NCBI GenBank assembly: GCA_903907865.1
Contig: CAIVPR010000071.1
Location: 13,410-77,409 of the forward strand
Source: an uncultured Acidobacteriia bacterium
GTDB taxonomy: Bacteria > Acidobacteriota > Terriglobia > Bryobacterales > Bryobacteraceae
DNA: 64,000 nt
Reading direction: 5' to 3'
This document shows, in pieces, positions 55,601-62,634 of the stretch. The first letter of the stretch is position 1. Every line of letters begins with the position of its first letter. Below the pieces are notes generated by a model that saw nothing but the letters and a program-made list of their open reading frames with translations, did not search any database and had not been told where the DNA came from. Made by a program: the position numbers and the translations under genes.

Positions 55601-58600
55601 ATGCTGGTCTTCGGTGGCGACAACTGCACGGGGACAAAGTTGAATGACGTCTGGGTACTAACGAATGCCAATGGCACAAGTGGAACTCCCGCTTGGATCC
55701 AGCTCGCGCCCACCGGAACAGCGCCGTCTACCCGCACCCTCTCGAGTGCGGTTTACGATTCGACGGCCAACCGCCTCGTCCTGTTCTCCGGCTCCGGGAC
55801 CTCCGTGGCCGACACCGACGTTTGGACACTCTCCAACGCCAACGGCGTCACCGGAACCCCCGCATGGACCAAGAGCACGCCCACCGGCGGCCCTCTCTAC
55901 GCCCGCCAGGCCCACACGGCCGTTCTCGACCCAGCGTCAAATAGGATGACTGTATTCGGCGGTGCGGCGGACAGCGCCGGTGGCCCAACCTCCGATACTT
56001 GGGTCCTGACCAATGCCAACGGCGGCAGCGGCGCGCAGACTTGGACACAACTGGCTCCGCTGGGGACCATTCCTCAACCAAGGTTCCTTCACTCGGCCGC
56101 CTACGACTCGGGCACCAACCAAATGATCGTCTTCGGCGGCGAATCATCGACTTCACTGTTCAACGACCTTTGGACCCTCAGCGATGCCAACGGTCTTGTC
56201 AGCATTACAAGCCTCAACCCGGCCTACTTCAGCACGGGTGGAACCGGGCTAACCCTAACCGTGACCGGACAAGGGTTCGTGCCGACCTCCGTTGTTTCCT
56301 GGAACGGCTCCGCCTTGTTGACTACTTTCGTCAGTGAAACCCAGCTCACCGCAGTCGTGCCCGCGACCGCCTTTGTCGCTGTCGGCAACGTTGCCGTCCA
56401 GGTTGTCAATCCCGGCAACAACTTTTCCCCCCTATTCAACACGATAATCGTAACCGGGTCGGGCGGTGGCGGGGGCTCGGGCGGCGGCGGTGGTGGCGGT
56501 GGTGGTGGCGTTGGTCCGCAAGGGGATGGCACCTCTGCCTCCGTTTCCCCCAACGCCTTGTCGTACTCACTGCCCGCCGGAACCGTAACCGGCAGCCAGC
56601 AGGTTGTCCTGACCTACACTTCGCCCAAACCCGATGTGCCGACCTACTCCGCCAGCGCAATCGTCCAGGCAGGGTCGGGGTGGCTTTCGATATCGCCGCC
56701 CACTGGCACCATGACCCAAACGGCCACCGATGGGTCGACCTATACTTTCCAGGCGACCACGAACGTGATCGTCGATCCAACCGGTATTGGCCCCAGTTCG
56801 ACCTACACAGGAACCGTGAACTTCCGGGCGGTCAATGCCCTCACCTCGGCTAGCGTTACCCTCACCGTCACCAATCCCCAGGTCTCGGTGCCCTTCCTGT
56901 TCTTGCCCGCCTCGCTGGGGAAAACGATTTCCAATTCCGTCGCCCCCGTGGGCGGAACCGGACCTTACGGTTGTGCCCTCACCAGCGGCAGCTTCCCGCC
57001 CGGCGTCTCACTCCATCAGGATTGCTCCATTGGCGGCACTCCTACCCAGGCCGGCAGCTTCACCGCCAACGTAACGGCAACCGACACCACGGGCATCAAG
57101 GGCCAAGGCACGGTCACCGTGTCGGTTCTTGGCATTACAACGACATTCCTGCCGCCGGTTTCCACCAACGTGGCCTACACGGCAACCGTCACTGCGGCGG
57201 GAGGCACAGCGCCGTACACGTTCACCGCTTCCAACCTTCCACTGGGCCTCTCGATGAGCGCCACCGGGACCATCTCCGGCACCGTGACGACGCTTCCGGC
57301 AACCACTCCAACCGTGCAAGTCACCGTCACGGATTCCCTAAATCTAAACAGCACCGCGACGTTCAGGCTCTCGATTACCGCCCCCGGACCGCTCACATTC
57401 GTGTCGCCGACGCTCCCCGACGCAGGCCTAGGGGTCCTCTATACCCAGAACCTGACCGCCACCGGTGGCACCCCGCCCTACCAGTGGTCGGTAACGGCTG
57501 GCACCCCGCCGAACGGCATATCGCTCAGCCCCGCCGGTATCATCTCGGGTACCCCGACAGCTGTCGGCACCTCCTCATTCACCGTCCAAGTCAAGGACAG
57601 TCTTGGTGCCACCGTCAGCGCCCCGGCAACGCTCAACGTTCGCCCGGCTGCCCTGCAACTGACCACCAAGTCGCCGCTCCCCTCCGGAGTTCTCGGCAAT
57701 GAGTACCCATCCCAGGCACTTGCGGCCAGCGGTGGAACACCGCCCTACACCTTCGCCATAACCCAGGGAAATCTCCCCGCAGGCATGACGCTTTCGAACG
57801 GCGTCATCTCGGGCACCCCGACAGCTTCCGGCGATTTCGCCATCCTCCTGTCCATCGCTGATTCCGCCAAACCGGCCACCACTGGTACCGGCGGCCTGGG
57901 TCTGAACATCCGCGCCGCCAGCACCGACCTGCAGCTCGGTTCCGGCAACGTGTCGTTCACCTTGGCCACCGGCACCGTCACATTGCCGGCACCGCAATCC
58001 GTCACCGTCAAGTCGACCAACGTGGCCCAGCCGATTTCGTACACCGTTGCGGTCAGTCCGGCCTCGCCTTGGTTGAGCGTCTCGGGCGGAGGCAACACCC
58101 CCTCGGTGCTGTCCATCGCACTCACAAGCCAGGCGGCCCAACTGGCCGCCGGCCCCTACAGTGCCGCGATCACCCTGTCTTGCGCCGCGCAGGCGGCCTG
58201 CGCAGGCAAATCGCAGTCCATCCAGGTCGCTTTGTCCGTCATCGCGCCTCCGCCGGCCCTCACTGTGGGGACCAGCATCCTTTCGCTATCCACCACACCG
58301 CCCGCCCAAGCCCAGACGGCCGACCTGACCCTCCAGAACTCCGGCGGCGGCACACTCACCGTCACATCCGCTACCTGCAACGCCTCGTGGTGCAAGGCCG
58401 GTGCGCTTCCATCTCCGATCCAAGGCGGCTCGACGGCTGCCGTCACAATTACGGCGGATCCCACCCAACTCGCGTCCGGCTTCTACCGCACCACTGTGGA
58501 CCTCGCGACTTCGGCTGGCAGCGCGTCGGTTCCGGTAACCTTCCTCGTGGCCAAGAGTTCCACCATCTCCTTGGCTCCGAGCGCCACCCAACTGTCCGTG

Positions 58601-60274
58601 CCTCAAGGGACGCTTTCCAGCAATCCTTCGGGCTCCTTCAAGATTGCCGCGCTGGGTGATGTCGTTAGCTGGAATGCATCCGTCACTGGCGGAGCGTCCT
58701 GGCTCACGGTTGCCCCCGGCTCCTCTGCCGGTGTCTCCACGCCCCAGGGTGCCGCAACCGTTACCTACACCATCAATGCGAGCACTCTGGCTCCCGGCAC
58801 CTACTACGGCCAAATCCGAATCGACGCCGCAGGTGCGACCAACGCCCCGCAGGAGTTCCAAGTCGTTCTGACCGTCAACGCCCCGGCCGACCCGGTCCGT
58901 CCAGACCCGCAACCTGCCGGCTTGCTCTTCCTGACTTCGGTGGGTGCCGGTTCACCCGCGGCCCAGACTGTCAACGTCTTCGCCAACTCGGCCAACGGTG
59001 TGCCGTACTCGGCTTCGACCGACGGCCAGGCATGGCTCTCGGTCACCACCACCACAACCACGGCCTCCGCAACCACACCGGGCCAATCCAGCGTCTCGGT
59101 CAACACGCAAGGCCTCACCGCCGGTGTCTATCGCGGTACCGTCAGCTACGCCATGTCGGCAGCGGCTGTCCGGGCCGTCAATGTGACCTTGGTGGTCGCT
59201 CCGGCTGGCGCCACCGTCAGCGGTTCAAGCACCGGAATCAGCCCCAAGGCCATAAGCACCTGCACCCCGACCCAATTGATCCAAGCCCAGACCGGCTTGG
59301 TGAACAACTTTGCCGCGACCGTCGCCCGACCCTCCTCGATCCAAGTCCGGCTCGTCAATGATTGCGGCGTCTATGTCAACAATGCCCGTGTCACGGCCGC
59401 CTTCAGCAACGGCGATCCGCTCCTCGGCCTCGTTCCGCTGGACAACACGTCCGGCACATACGCCGGCACTTGGATACCCCGCACGCCCGGTGCCCCCGCG
59501 ACGGTCGACACCCGGGCCGCCTCGGACCTACCCGCGTCGGATGCCTTCACTACCGGCTCCGTTGTCGGCAGCGCGGCCCCGTTGGTCGCTTCCGGCGGCT
59601 TGGTCAACGCCTTCGGCTCTCCGTTTGGAGCAGCCCAGGCACCCGGCTCGATTATCGCGGTCTACGGCGCGAACCTAGCAACCCAAACCGCCACGAACAC
59701 CGTCTTGCCGATCCCGACCACTTTGGGCGGCACCACTGTGATGGTCGGCGGAATCCCGGCACCGCTCTATTACGTCAGCCCCGGCCAGATCAACCTCCAA
59801 GTCCCCGTCGAACTCGATCCGTCCAAGCGCTACCAGGTCGTGGTCAACTCGAATGGGACATTGGCCGTGCCTGAGCCTGTCCAGCTGTCGGCAGTCGCCC
59901 CCAGCATCGCGGCTCTCGCCGATGGCACCATCTTGGCACAGCATAGTAGCGGTGCCTTGGTATCCCAGGCCGCACCGGGCCAGCCCGGCGAATATCTCGT
60001 CGCATACCTCCTCGGCCTCGGTGCCACGGACTTCCCGGTCGCCACCGGCGCACCCTCCCCGACATCGCCCCTCGCCCGCCCGACGGTCCAGCCAACTCTG
60101 ACCATCGGGGGCACAGCCACTACGATCTCCTTCGTCGGCCTCACCCCCGGCCTAGTCGGTCTCTACCAGATGAACTTCCAAGTGCCCGCGGGTCTCCCGA
60201 ACGGCAACCTGCCGCTCATCGTGACCCAAGGAGCGGCCTCCACTTCAGCCGTCATCCTGCCCGTCAAGAACTAA
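49667..60274 (+). CDS. giant (3,535-aa) secreted mosaic surface protein: Ig-like arrays, Kelch propeller, IPT/TIG, He_PIG, TIGR03437-type C-terminal domain
   Basis: Uninterrupted frame. Start re-picked at MRNRSVKLLACVGAVIALSGVAYGQ (ATG 49667; the track starts at 49571). Domain order read by eye; see the sub-features and findings. Confidence 0.9.
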   Translation: MRNRSVKLLACVGAVIALSGVAYGQNAACTTLNPSPGFLSAEGQTELIPSFTITCTGGTTTATASIQMFLSPAVLVTSTVINATTGATEILATGTNGVTAVNATVSGSAITLASVQIPTTGTTLTVSNVRINATTIPTVVGGAPSAVSIASFVSGSSVTPSAIPSQTVAYVLNGLGTTAFSGDIAGAQVNLINTVNNTSASPTAVYRTAFGVCSGLNTSTSFGAVPNLYVKITEGVSTAFKTQAQEASGSGVDAVNSGTRFKVTFTNVPAGMNIYMPVTTFQGTFAIQTATAVAQVSETAATSGTTNNQVAVTSPAQFVSGLLVQGTGTTSTGGVFQLPVSSGTATAVYEIVADQQGAIDTFNIPVYLQAAPNVVTAQATPIGASVSFSPVTATTTIPSFAVGSSTTVTPLLALNSCTPVLSCTNPTGSGLEAGALFTNTCSVVSTTGIPPFSFAATGSYPGLGTTSNATSITISGTPTASTASYGVQITDAASSTASVSFPGTVASAVSATCTPTGNLKTGSTYSVTCTAANGVPPFAWTTTGTVPSGLGTISTSNATATATISGIFTTAQTATFQIKVTDSASTPQSSTAPQSLGGTIVSVPTFTCTKNTVTNNSLPEEVGVLYATSCTSTGGSGGNVWSISAGTKPTWLNQVGTTGNTTILTGTPPAGTTLAFDYTLQVVDSNSNAATQRFQGTMLAAPTVSCSPTTITAPVITNTLFPTLTCAVSGGTSPYTLAPFKGSITGTKTLPGGVTLSPTAIPTTATTATVAGTATDAIGTTYGFAIQVTDSASIPQTAQSAAYTGTIVSAMTATCTSTGVLEVGASYSVTCSVTGGTGPYTWSTTGTIPGGLGAINTSTGAISGTFTTAQTASFQIKVTDSLSQSSTAPTTLGGNIVAGPSFTCSPTTPPQEATVPYSTTCTATGGSGTYTTWAVTSGTLPSYLTQTTPTATTVKFAGTPTAGSVDFTVGLTDSAGIAATTPQRFNGTVNAALAFTCTKGAPLSSTVVYTNVCTVTSGTGAGTFTWSISAGNLPTNVALQSPTNTNSVTISGTPGANGAVIFTLQVADSVGGTATNRFQGTITAGPVLTCSNNSNPGEVGVAYSTTCSVTPGTGVSPYSFTLTGTPPSFLSSTTTATTITVSGTPSAVSAAATYAVQVSDSTTPTAATASKSFTSTVVATSAFTCTKPTTFRADVGTTYTNTCTATANTGVGPYTWSISIGTLPQGLSLSGSTGNSITISGQPLIAGLASFTLQMADSLGSTSTSAFSGSVQRVPLFTCTNNNVPAEISYPYVSTCTVTGGTGATPFTWAITGTGLPTGVTSTSAATSITLAGTPTVSGSASYTVQLTDGAGTVVTQPFSGTIGAAPAFTCSNSNVPAKAGLPYSSVCTITTGTGAGPFTWSISAGALPLGVSATVAGTSPAPTTYTLSGTPTIAGTSTYTLLLTDSFGATASQVFAGTIAPAAFTCDNYTPPVEAGLAYSVTCTANPVAGPAPYTFAISAGSLPAGVTSTITANTIKLAAPVSSTAAGVANFTIQLTDSAATPNITQRSFTGTIAPALAFTCTNNNGPTAVGAAYSTTCTVTNGTGIAPYAWSFLPGTALPPGMTVAAGTFSAAAGVTSFVITGPASAPGTSNFTLVLTDSAGATVNRNFNSTVVPAPSFTCTNYAPPVEVGVAYSNTCTVISGTGTSPYTFSITGVPPAGLTPVTSATGLSITNYLPTLPGPFNYAVTLVDANGGTTMQQYSGVIAAVPVITSPNPLPAATNGTPYSVQLSAIGGVPAGYSWTATGLPAWATPNPTTGYITGTPTSATPTTVTIGLSDGLKSASSVNLVLPVNNYTGQTWTQLSPGGTLPPARGGQSSVFDSATRQLFVFGGTGSTAFLNDLWSYSATSNVWTALNPNGTAPVARSQASAVYDSVASRLTLFGGQTGPTSCTNDVWSLSNANSLAGAPAWTQLSPTGTAPAAREGHGAAYDPNTNRMLVFGGDNCTGTKLNDVWVLTNANGTSGTPAWIQLAPTGTAPSTRTLSSAVYDSTANRLVLFSGSGTSVADTDVWTLSNANGVTGTPAWTKSTPTGGPLYARQAHTAVLDPASNRMTVFGGAADSAGGPTSDTWVLTNANGGSGAQTWTQLAPLGTIPQPRFLHSAAYDSGTNQMIVFGGESSTSLFNDLWTLSDANGLVSITSLNPAYFSTGGTGLTLTVTGQGFVPTSVVSWNGSALLTTFVSETQLTAVVPATAFVAVGNVAVQVVNPGNNFSPLFNTIIVTGSGGGGGSGGGGGGGGGGVGPQGDGTSASVSPNALSYSLPAGTVTGSQQVVLTYTSPKPDVPTYSASAIVQAGSGWLSISPPTGTMTQTATDGSTYTFQATTNVIVDPTGIGPSSTYTGTVNFRAVNALTSASVTLTVTNPQVSVPFLFLPASLGKTISNSVAPVGGTGPYGCALTSGSFPPGVSLHQDCSIGGTPTQAGSFTANVTATDTTGIKGQGTVTVSVLGITTTFLPPVSTNVAYTATVTAAGGTAPYTFTASNLPLGLSMSATGTISGTVTTLPATTPTVQVTVTDSLNLNSTATFRLSITAPGPLTFVSPTLPDAGLGVLYTQNLTATGGTPPYQWSVTAGTPPNGISLSPAGIISGTPTAVGTSSFTVQVKDSLGATVSAPATLNVRPAALQLTTKSPLPSGVLGNEYPSQALAASGGTPPYTFAITQGNLPAGMTLSNGVISGTPTASGDFAILLSIADSAKPATTGTGGLGLNIRAASTDLQLGSGNVSFTLATGTVTLPAPQSVTVKSTNVAQPISYTVAVSPASPWLSVSGGGNTPSVLSIALTSQAAQLAAGPYSAAITLSCAAQAACAGKSQSIQVALSVIAPPPALTVGTSILSLSTTPPAQAQTADLTLQNSGGGTLTVTSATCNASWCKAGALPSPIQGGSTAAVTITADPTQLASGFYRTTVDLATSAGSASVPVTFLVAKSSTISLAPSATQLSVPQGTLSSNPSGSFKIAALGDVVSWNASVTGGASWLTVAPGSSAGVSTPQGAATVTYTINASTLAPGTYYGQIRIDAAGATNAPQEFQVVLTVNAPADPVRPDPQPAGLLFLTSVGAGSPAAQTVNVFANSANGVPYSASTDGQAWLSVTTTTTTASATTPGQSSVSVNTQGLTAGVYRGTVSYAMSAAAVRAVNVTLVVAPAGATVSGSSTGISPKAISTCTPTQLIQAQTGLVNNFAATVARPSSIQVRLVNDCGVYVNNARVTAAFSNGDPLLGLVPLDNTSGTYAGTWIPRTPGAPATVDTRAASDLPASDAFTTGSVVGSAAPLVASGGLVNAFGSPFGAAQAPGSIIAVYGANLATQTATNTVLPIPTTLGGTTVMVGGIPAPLYYVSPGQINLQVPVELDPSKRYQVVVNSNGTLAVPEPVQLSAVAPSIAALADGTILAQHSSGALVSQAAPGQPGEYLVAYLLGLGATDFPVATGAPSPTSPLARPTVQPTLTIGGTATTISFVGLTPGLVGLYQMNFQVPAGLPNGNLPLIVTQGAASTSAVILPVKN
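50925..54915 (+). repeat. 14 tandem ~95-codon Cys-pair Ig-like (He_PIG-related) coding repeats inside the giant gene
   Basis: Each unit has: (F/L/A)(T/S)C(T/S)...15-21 aa...(T/S)C(T/S)(V/A)..G(T/S)G..P(Y/F)(T/S)(W/F)...LP.G(L/V)...(I/V)(S/T)GTP...F(T)(L/I)Q(V/L)(T/A)DS...F.GT(I/V). Units are diverged at the DNA level. Confidence 0.8.
55171..56195 (+). other. six Kelch-like beta-propeller blades inside the giant gene
   Basis: Six repeats of W(T/I)(Q/A)L.P.G..P..R..(H/A/S).A(V/A)YD...N(R/Q)(L/M).(V/L)FGG......(N/T)D(L/V/T)W(S/V/T)L(S/T). Confidence 0.75.
56455..56515 (+). repeat. poly-glycine linker coding tract (GSGGGGGSGGGGGGGGGGVG)
   Basis: Run of GGC/GGT/GGG codons between the IPT/TIG-like domain and the next Ig-like module. 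Confidence 0.9.
59573..60271 (+). other. TIGR03437-type (Solibacter uncharacterized C-terminal) domain of the giant protein
   Basis: GGLVNAFG...APGSIIAVYGANL...LGGTTVMVGGIPAPLYYVSPGQINLQVP...PGEYLVAYLLGLG...GLTPGLVGLYQMNFQVPAGLPNGNLPLIV matches my memory of that family's conserved blocks. Confidence 0.7.
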
Positions 60275-60282
60275 CCGCAACT

Positions 60283-61740
60283 ATGAAGGCTCTAGCGCTT
60301 CTAGTAGCCTGCAACCTGCTCGCCGCCGACATCCCCCGAACCTGGGAGAAGTCGGCGGTCGAGTCCCTGGAACTTCCCCTCGCCAACCCGGCCTACTCCC
60401 CCGTCCACCTCGACGAGGCCGCCTACTACCGCATTCCCGAACGCGTCATCTACAAGACCTACCCCGTCTACGCCCCCGGCCGCGCCCCCGCCAACTACGA
60501 GGAATCTCTCAAGACCCTCGACCCCCAAATCGCCTTCGACCCCGCCCGCCTCTCGTCCGGCCAGGACTGGATCGCCGCCGGCGAAATCGTCTTCAACTGG
60601 CCCACCTCCCTGCACCCCATGTTCTTCACCCCGCAGGATCTCCGCGACCCCGACTTCATCCGCCGCACCGGCATGCCCGTCGCCAAGGACGGCACCATCC
60701 CCTTCGCCCGCTGGGTCGTCCGCAAGAAGGGTGTCGTCGAGCTCGGCTCGATGGGCTGCAACACCTGCCACACCCGAGTTCTCCCCGACGGCACCGTCGT
60801 CCCCGGAGCTCAGGGCAGCAACCCCAACGACCGCCAAGGTGCCCTCCTCCTACGTGCCACCGCCAAGGCCATCGGTGCCGACAAGGTCGCCGCCCAGGTT
60901 CGAGGTTTCGCCCGCCAGTTCGAACTCCCTTGGGTCCCCAACGACTTCAACCGCCTCACAGCCACCATGGACCTCGACACCTTCGTCGCCGCCGGTGCAG
61001 CCATCCCCCCCGGCGTCACCGCACGAGCCAACACCAGCATGCTCCTGCCCCCGCAGATTCCCGATCTCATCGGAGTCCGGGACCGCCGCTACCTCGACCA
61101 CACCGGCCTCATCCGCCATCGCAACATCGGCGACCTGATGCGCTACAGCTCCCTCGCTCAGGATCTATTCACCGCCGACCGCTACGGCACCGCGGCCACC
61201 GGCGAAAGCCCTGCGGCTTCCAGACCCGCGACGCGCTACAGCGACGCCCAGCTCTACGCCCTCGCGCAATACCTCTACTCCCTGAAGCCCCCGGCCAATC
61301 CCAACCCCTACGACGCCGCTGCCGCCCGAGGTAAAACAGTCTTTGAAGCCGAAAAATGCGGTAACTGCCACACGGCCCCGCTGTACACGAACAACAAACT
61401 CGCCCCGGTGGACGGTTTTCAATCTCCCCCCGGCACCCCGGACGTCCTCCAAGCCCGCCTCGGCCTCGACCCCCGCTACGCCCTAGATTCCCGAAAAGGC
61501 ACAGGCTACTACAAGGTGCCGTCCCTGAAGGGCGTCTGGTATCGCGGACCCCTCGGCCACAACGGCTCCGCCGCTACACTCGAAGATTGGCTGGATCCCG
61601 CCCGTCTCGACCCCGCCTACATCCCGACCGGCTTCAAAGGCCACGACGGCCAAACTCGCACCATCCCCGGCCATCCGTTCGGCCTAACCCTACCTCCGCC
61701 CGCCCGCCGCGACCTAATCGCCTACCTCCGCACACTGTAG
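60283..61740 (+). CDS. secreted di-haem c-type cytochrome-like protein, unknown function
   Basis: Signal peptide MKALALLVACNLLAADI. Two CXXCH motifs (GCNTCHT, CGNCHT) about 210 residues apart. The start is 8 nt after the giant gene's TAA. Confidence 0.7.
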   Translation: MKALALLVACNLLAADIPRTWEKSAVESLELPLANPAYSPVHLDEAAYYRIPERVIYKTYPVYAPGRAPANYEESLKTLDPQIAFDPARLSSGQDWIAAGEIVFNWPTSLHPMFFTPQDLRDPDFIRRTGMPVAKDGTIPFARWVVRKKGVVELGSMGCNTCHTRVLPDGTVVPGAQGSNPNDRQGALLLRATAKAIGADKVAAQVRGFARQFELPWVPNDFNRLTATMDLDTFVAAGAAIPPGVTARANTSMLLPPQIPDLIGVRDRRYLDHTGLIRHRNIGDLMRYSSLAQDLFTADRYGTAATGESPAASRPATRYSDAQLYALAQYLYSLKPPANPNPYDAAAARGKTVFEAEKCGNCHTAPLYTNNKLAPVDGFQSPPGTPDVLQARLGLDPRYALDSRKGTGYYKVPSLKGVWYRGPLGHNGSAATLEDWLDPARLDPAYIPTGFKGHDGQTRTIPGHPFGLTLPPPARRDLIAYLRTL

Positions 61741-61879
61741 CTAACCGCCGAGCCGGCCGAAAATCGACTCTCCACCAAATCCGGTCACAAACTATATTTC
61801 CATCCGAATCAGCAACTTCCGCCACCTCAAGTTCGGAATCCACCCCCGTCCGTGCTAAACCAGACACGGAGCAACTCCC

Positions 61880-62590
61880 ATGTCGACACCAAAACAAATC
61901 GCCGCAAACCGCACCAACGCCCGGAAATCCACAGGCCCGAAGTCCGCTGCGGGGAAGCAGACCGTCTCTGTCAACGCCCTACGCCACGGCCTAACAGGAC
62001 GCACGGTCGTCCTCCCAGCCGACGACCTCGACCTCTACAAAACCCACGTCAAAACCCTTACCGCCTCCCTGAAACCCGAAACCCCGGAGGAGACCCAGCT
62101 CGCGGCTCTCATCGCCGACAACTACTGGCGACTCCAGCGCATCCAGTCCATCGAGGATGGCATCTTCGCCCTCCAATATGCCGACGACGAAACTCTCGCC
62201 ACCCACCCCCAAGCCAACACCACGCTCAACCAACCCAAGGCCTACCTGAACCACGCCAAGGAACTCGAGCGCCTCACCCTCTACGAATCCCGCATCCATC
62301 GCAACATCAAATCCGCGACAGCCCGCCTCGAAACACTCCAATCCGACCGCCGCGCCGCCCGTGCGGCCGCCCTCGAACAAGCCAAACTCCTGTTCCGCCT
62401 CCACGCCGGCTCGAAGCGGCAGGACTCCGAAGTCCGAATGCCGGACTTACCCTCCCTGCACTCACCGCAGACCGATACCCCTGGCCACGGCTTTGAATTT
62501 TCATCCACCGAACTCACCCACGCCATCCAGCTCGAAGACCAACTCCACCAAGCCAGAAAACTCCGCCCAGTGCTGGCCAAAGCCGCCTAG
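61880..62590 (+). CDS. conserved hypothetical protein (N-terminal ANRxNAxKSTGPKSxxGK...NALRHGL motif)
   Basis: ATG preceded by GGAG. 236 aa with a basic N-terminus and a helical remainder. I recall this N-terminal motif in many uncharacterised Acidobacteria/Planctomycetes proteins. Confidence 0.6.
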   Translation: MSTPKQIAANRTNARKSTGPKSAAGKQTVSVNALRHGLTGRTVVLPADDLDLYKTHVKTLTASLKPETPEETQLAALIADNYWRLQRIQSIEDGIFALQYADDETLATHPQANTTLNQPKAYLNHAKELERLTLYESRIHRNIKSATARLETLQSDRRAARAAALEQAKLLFRLHAGSKRQDSEVRMPDLPSLHSPQTDTPGHGFEFSSTELTHAIQLEDQLHQARKLRPVLAKAA

Positions 62591-62634
62591 CCCGCTCGAA
62601 ACCATGTAAAATCGACAGTAGACGTTAACGCAAA

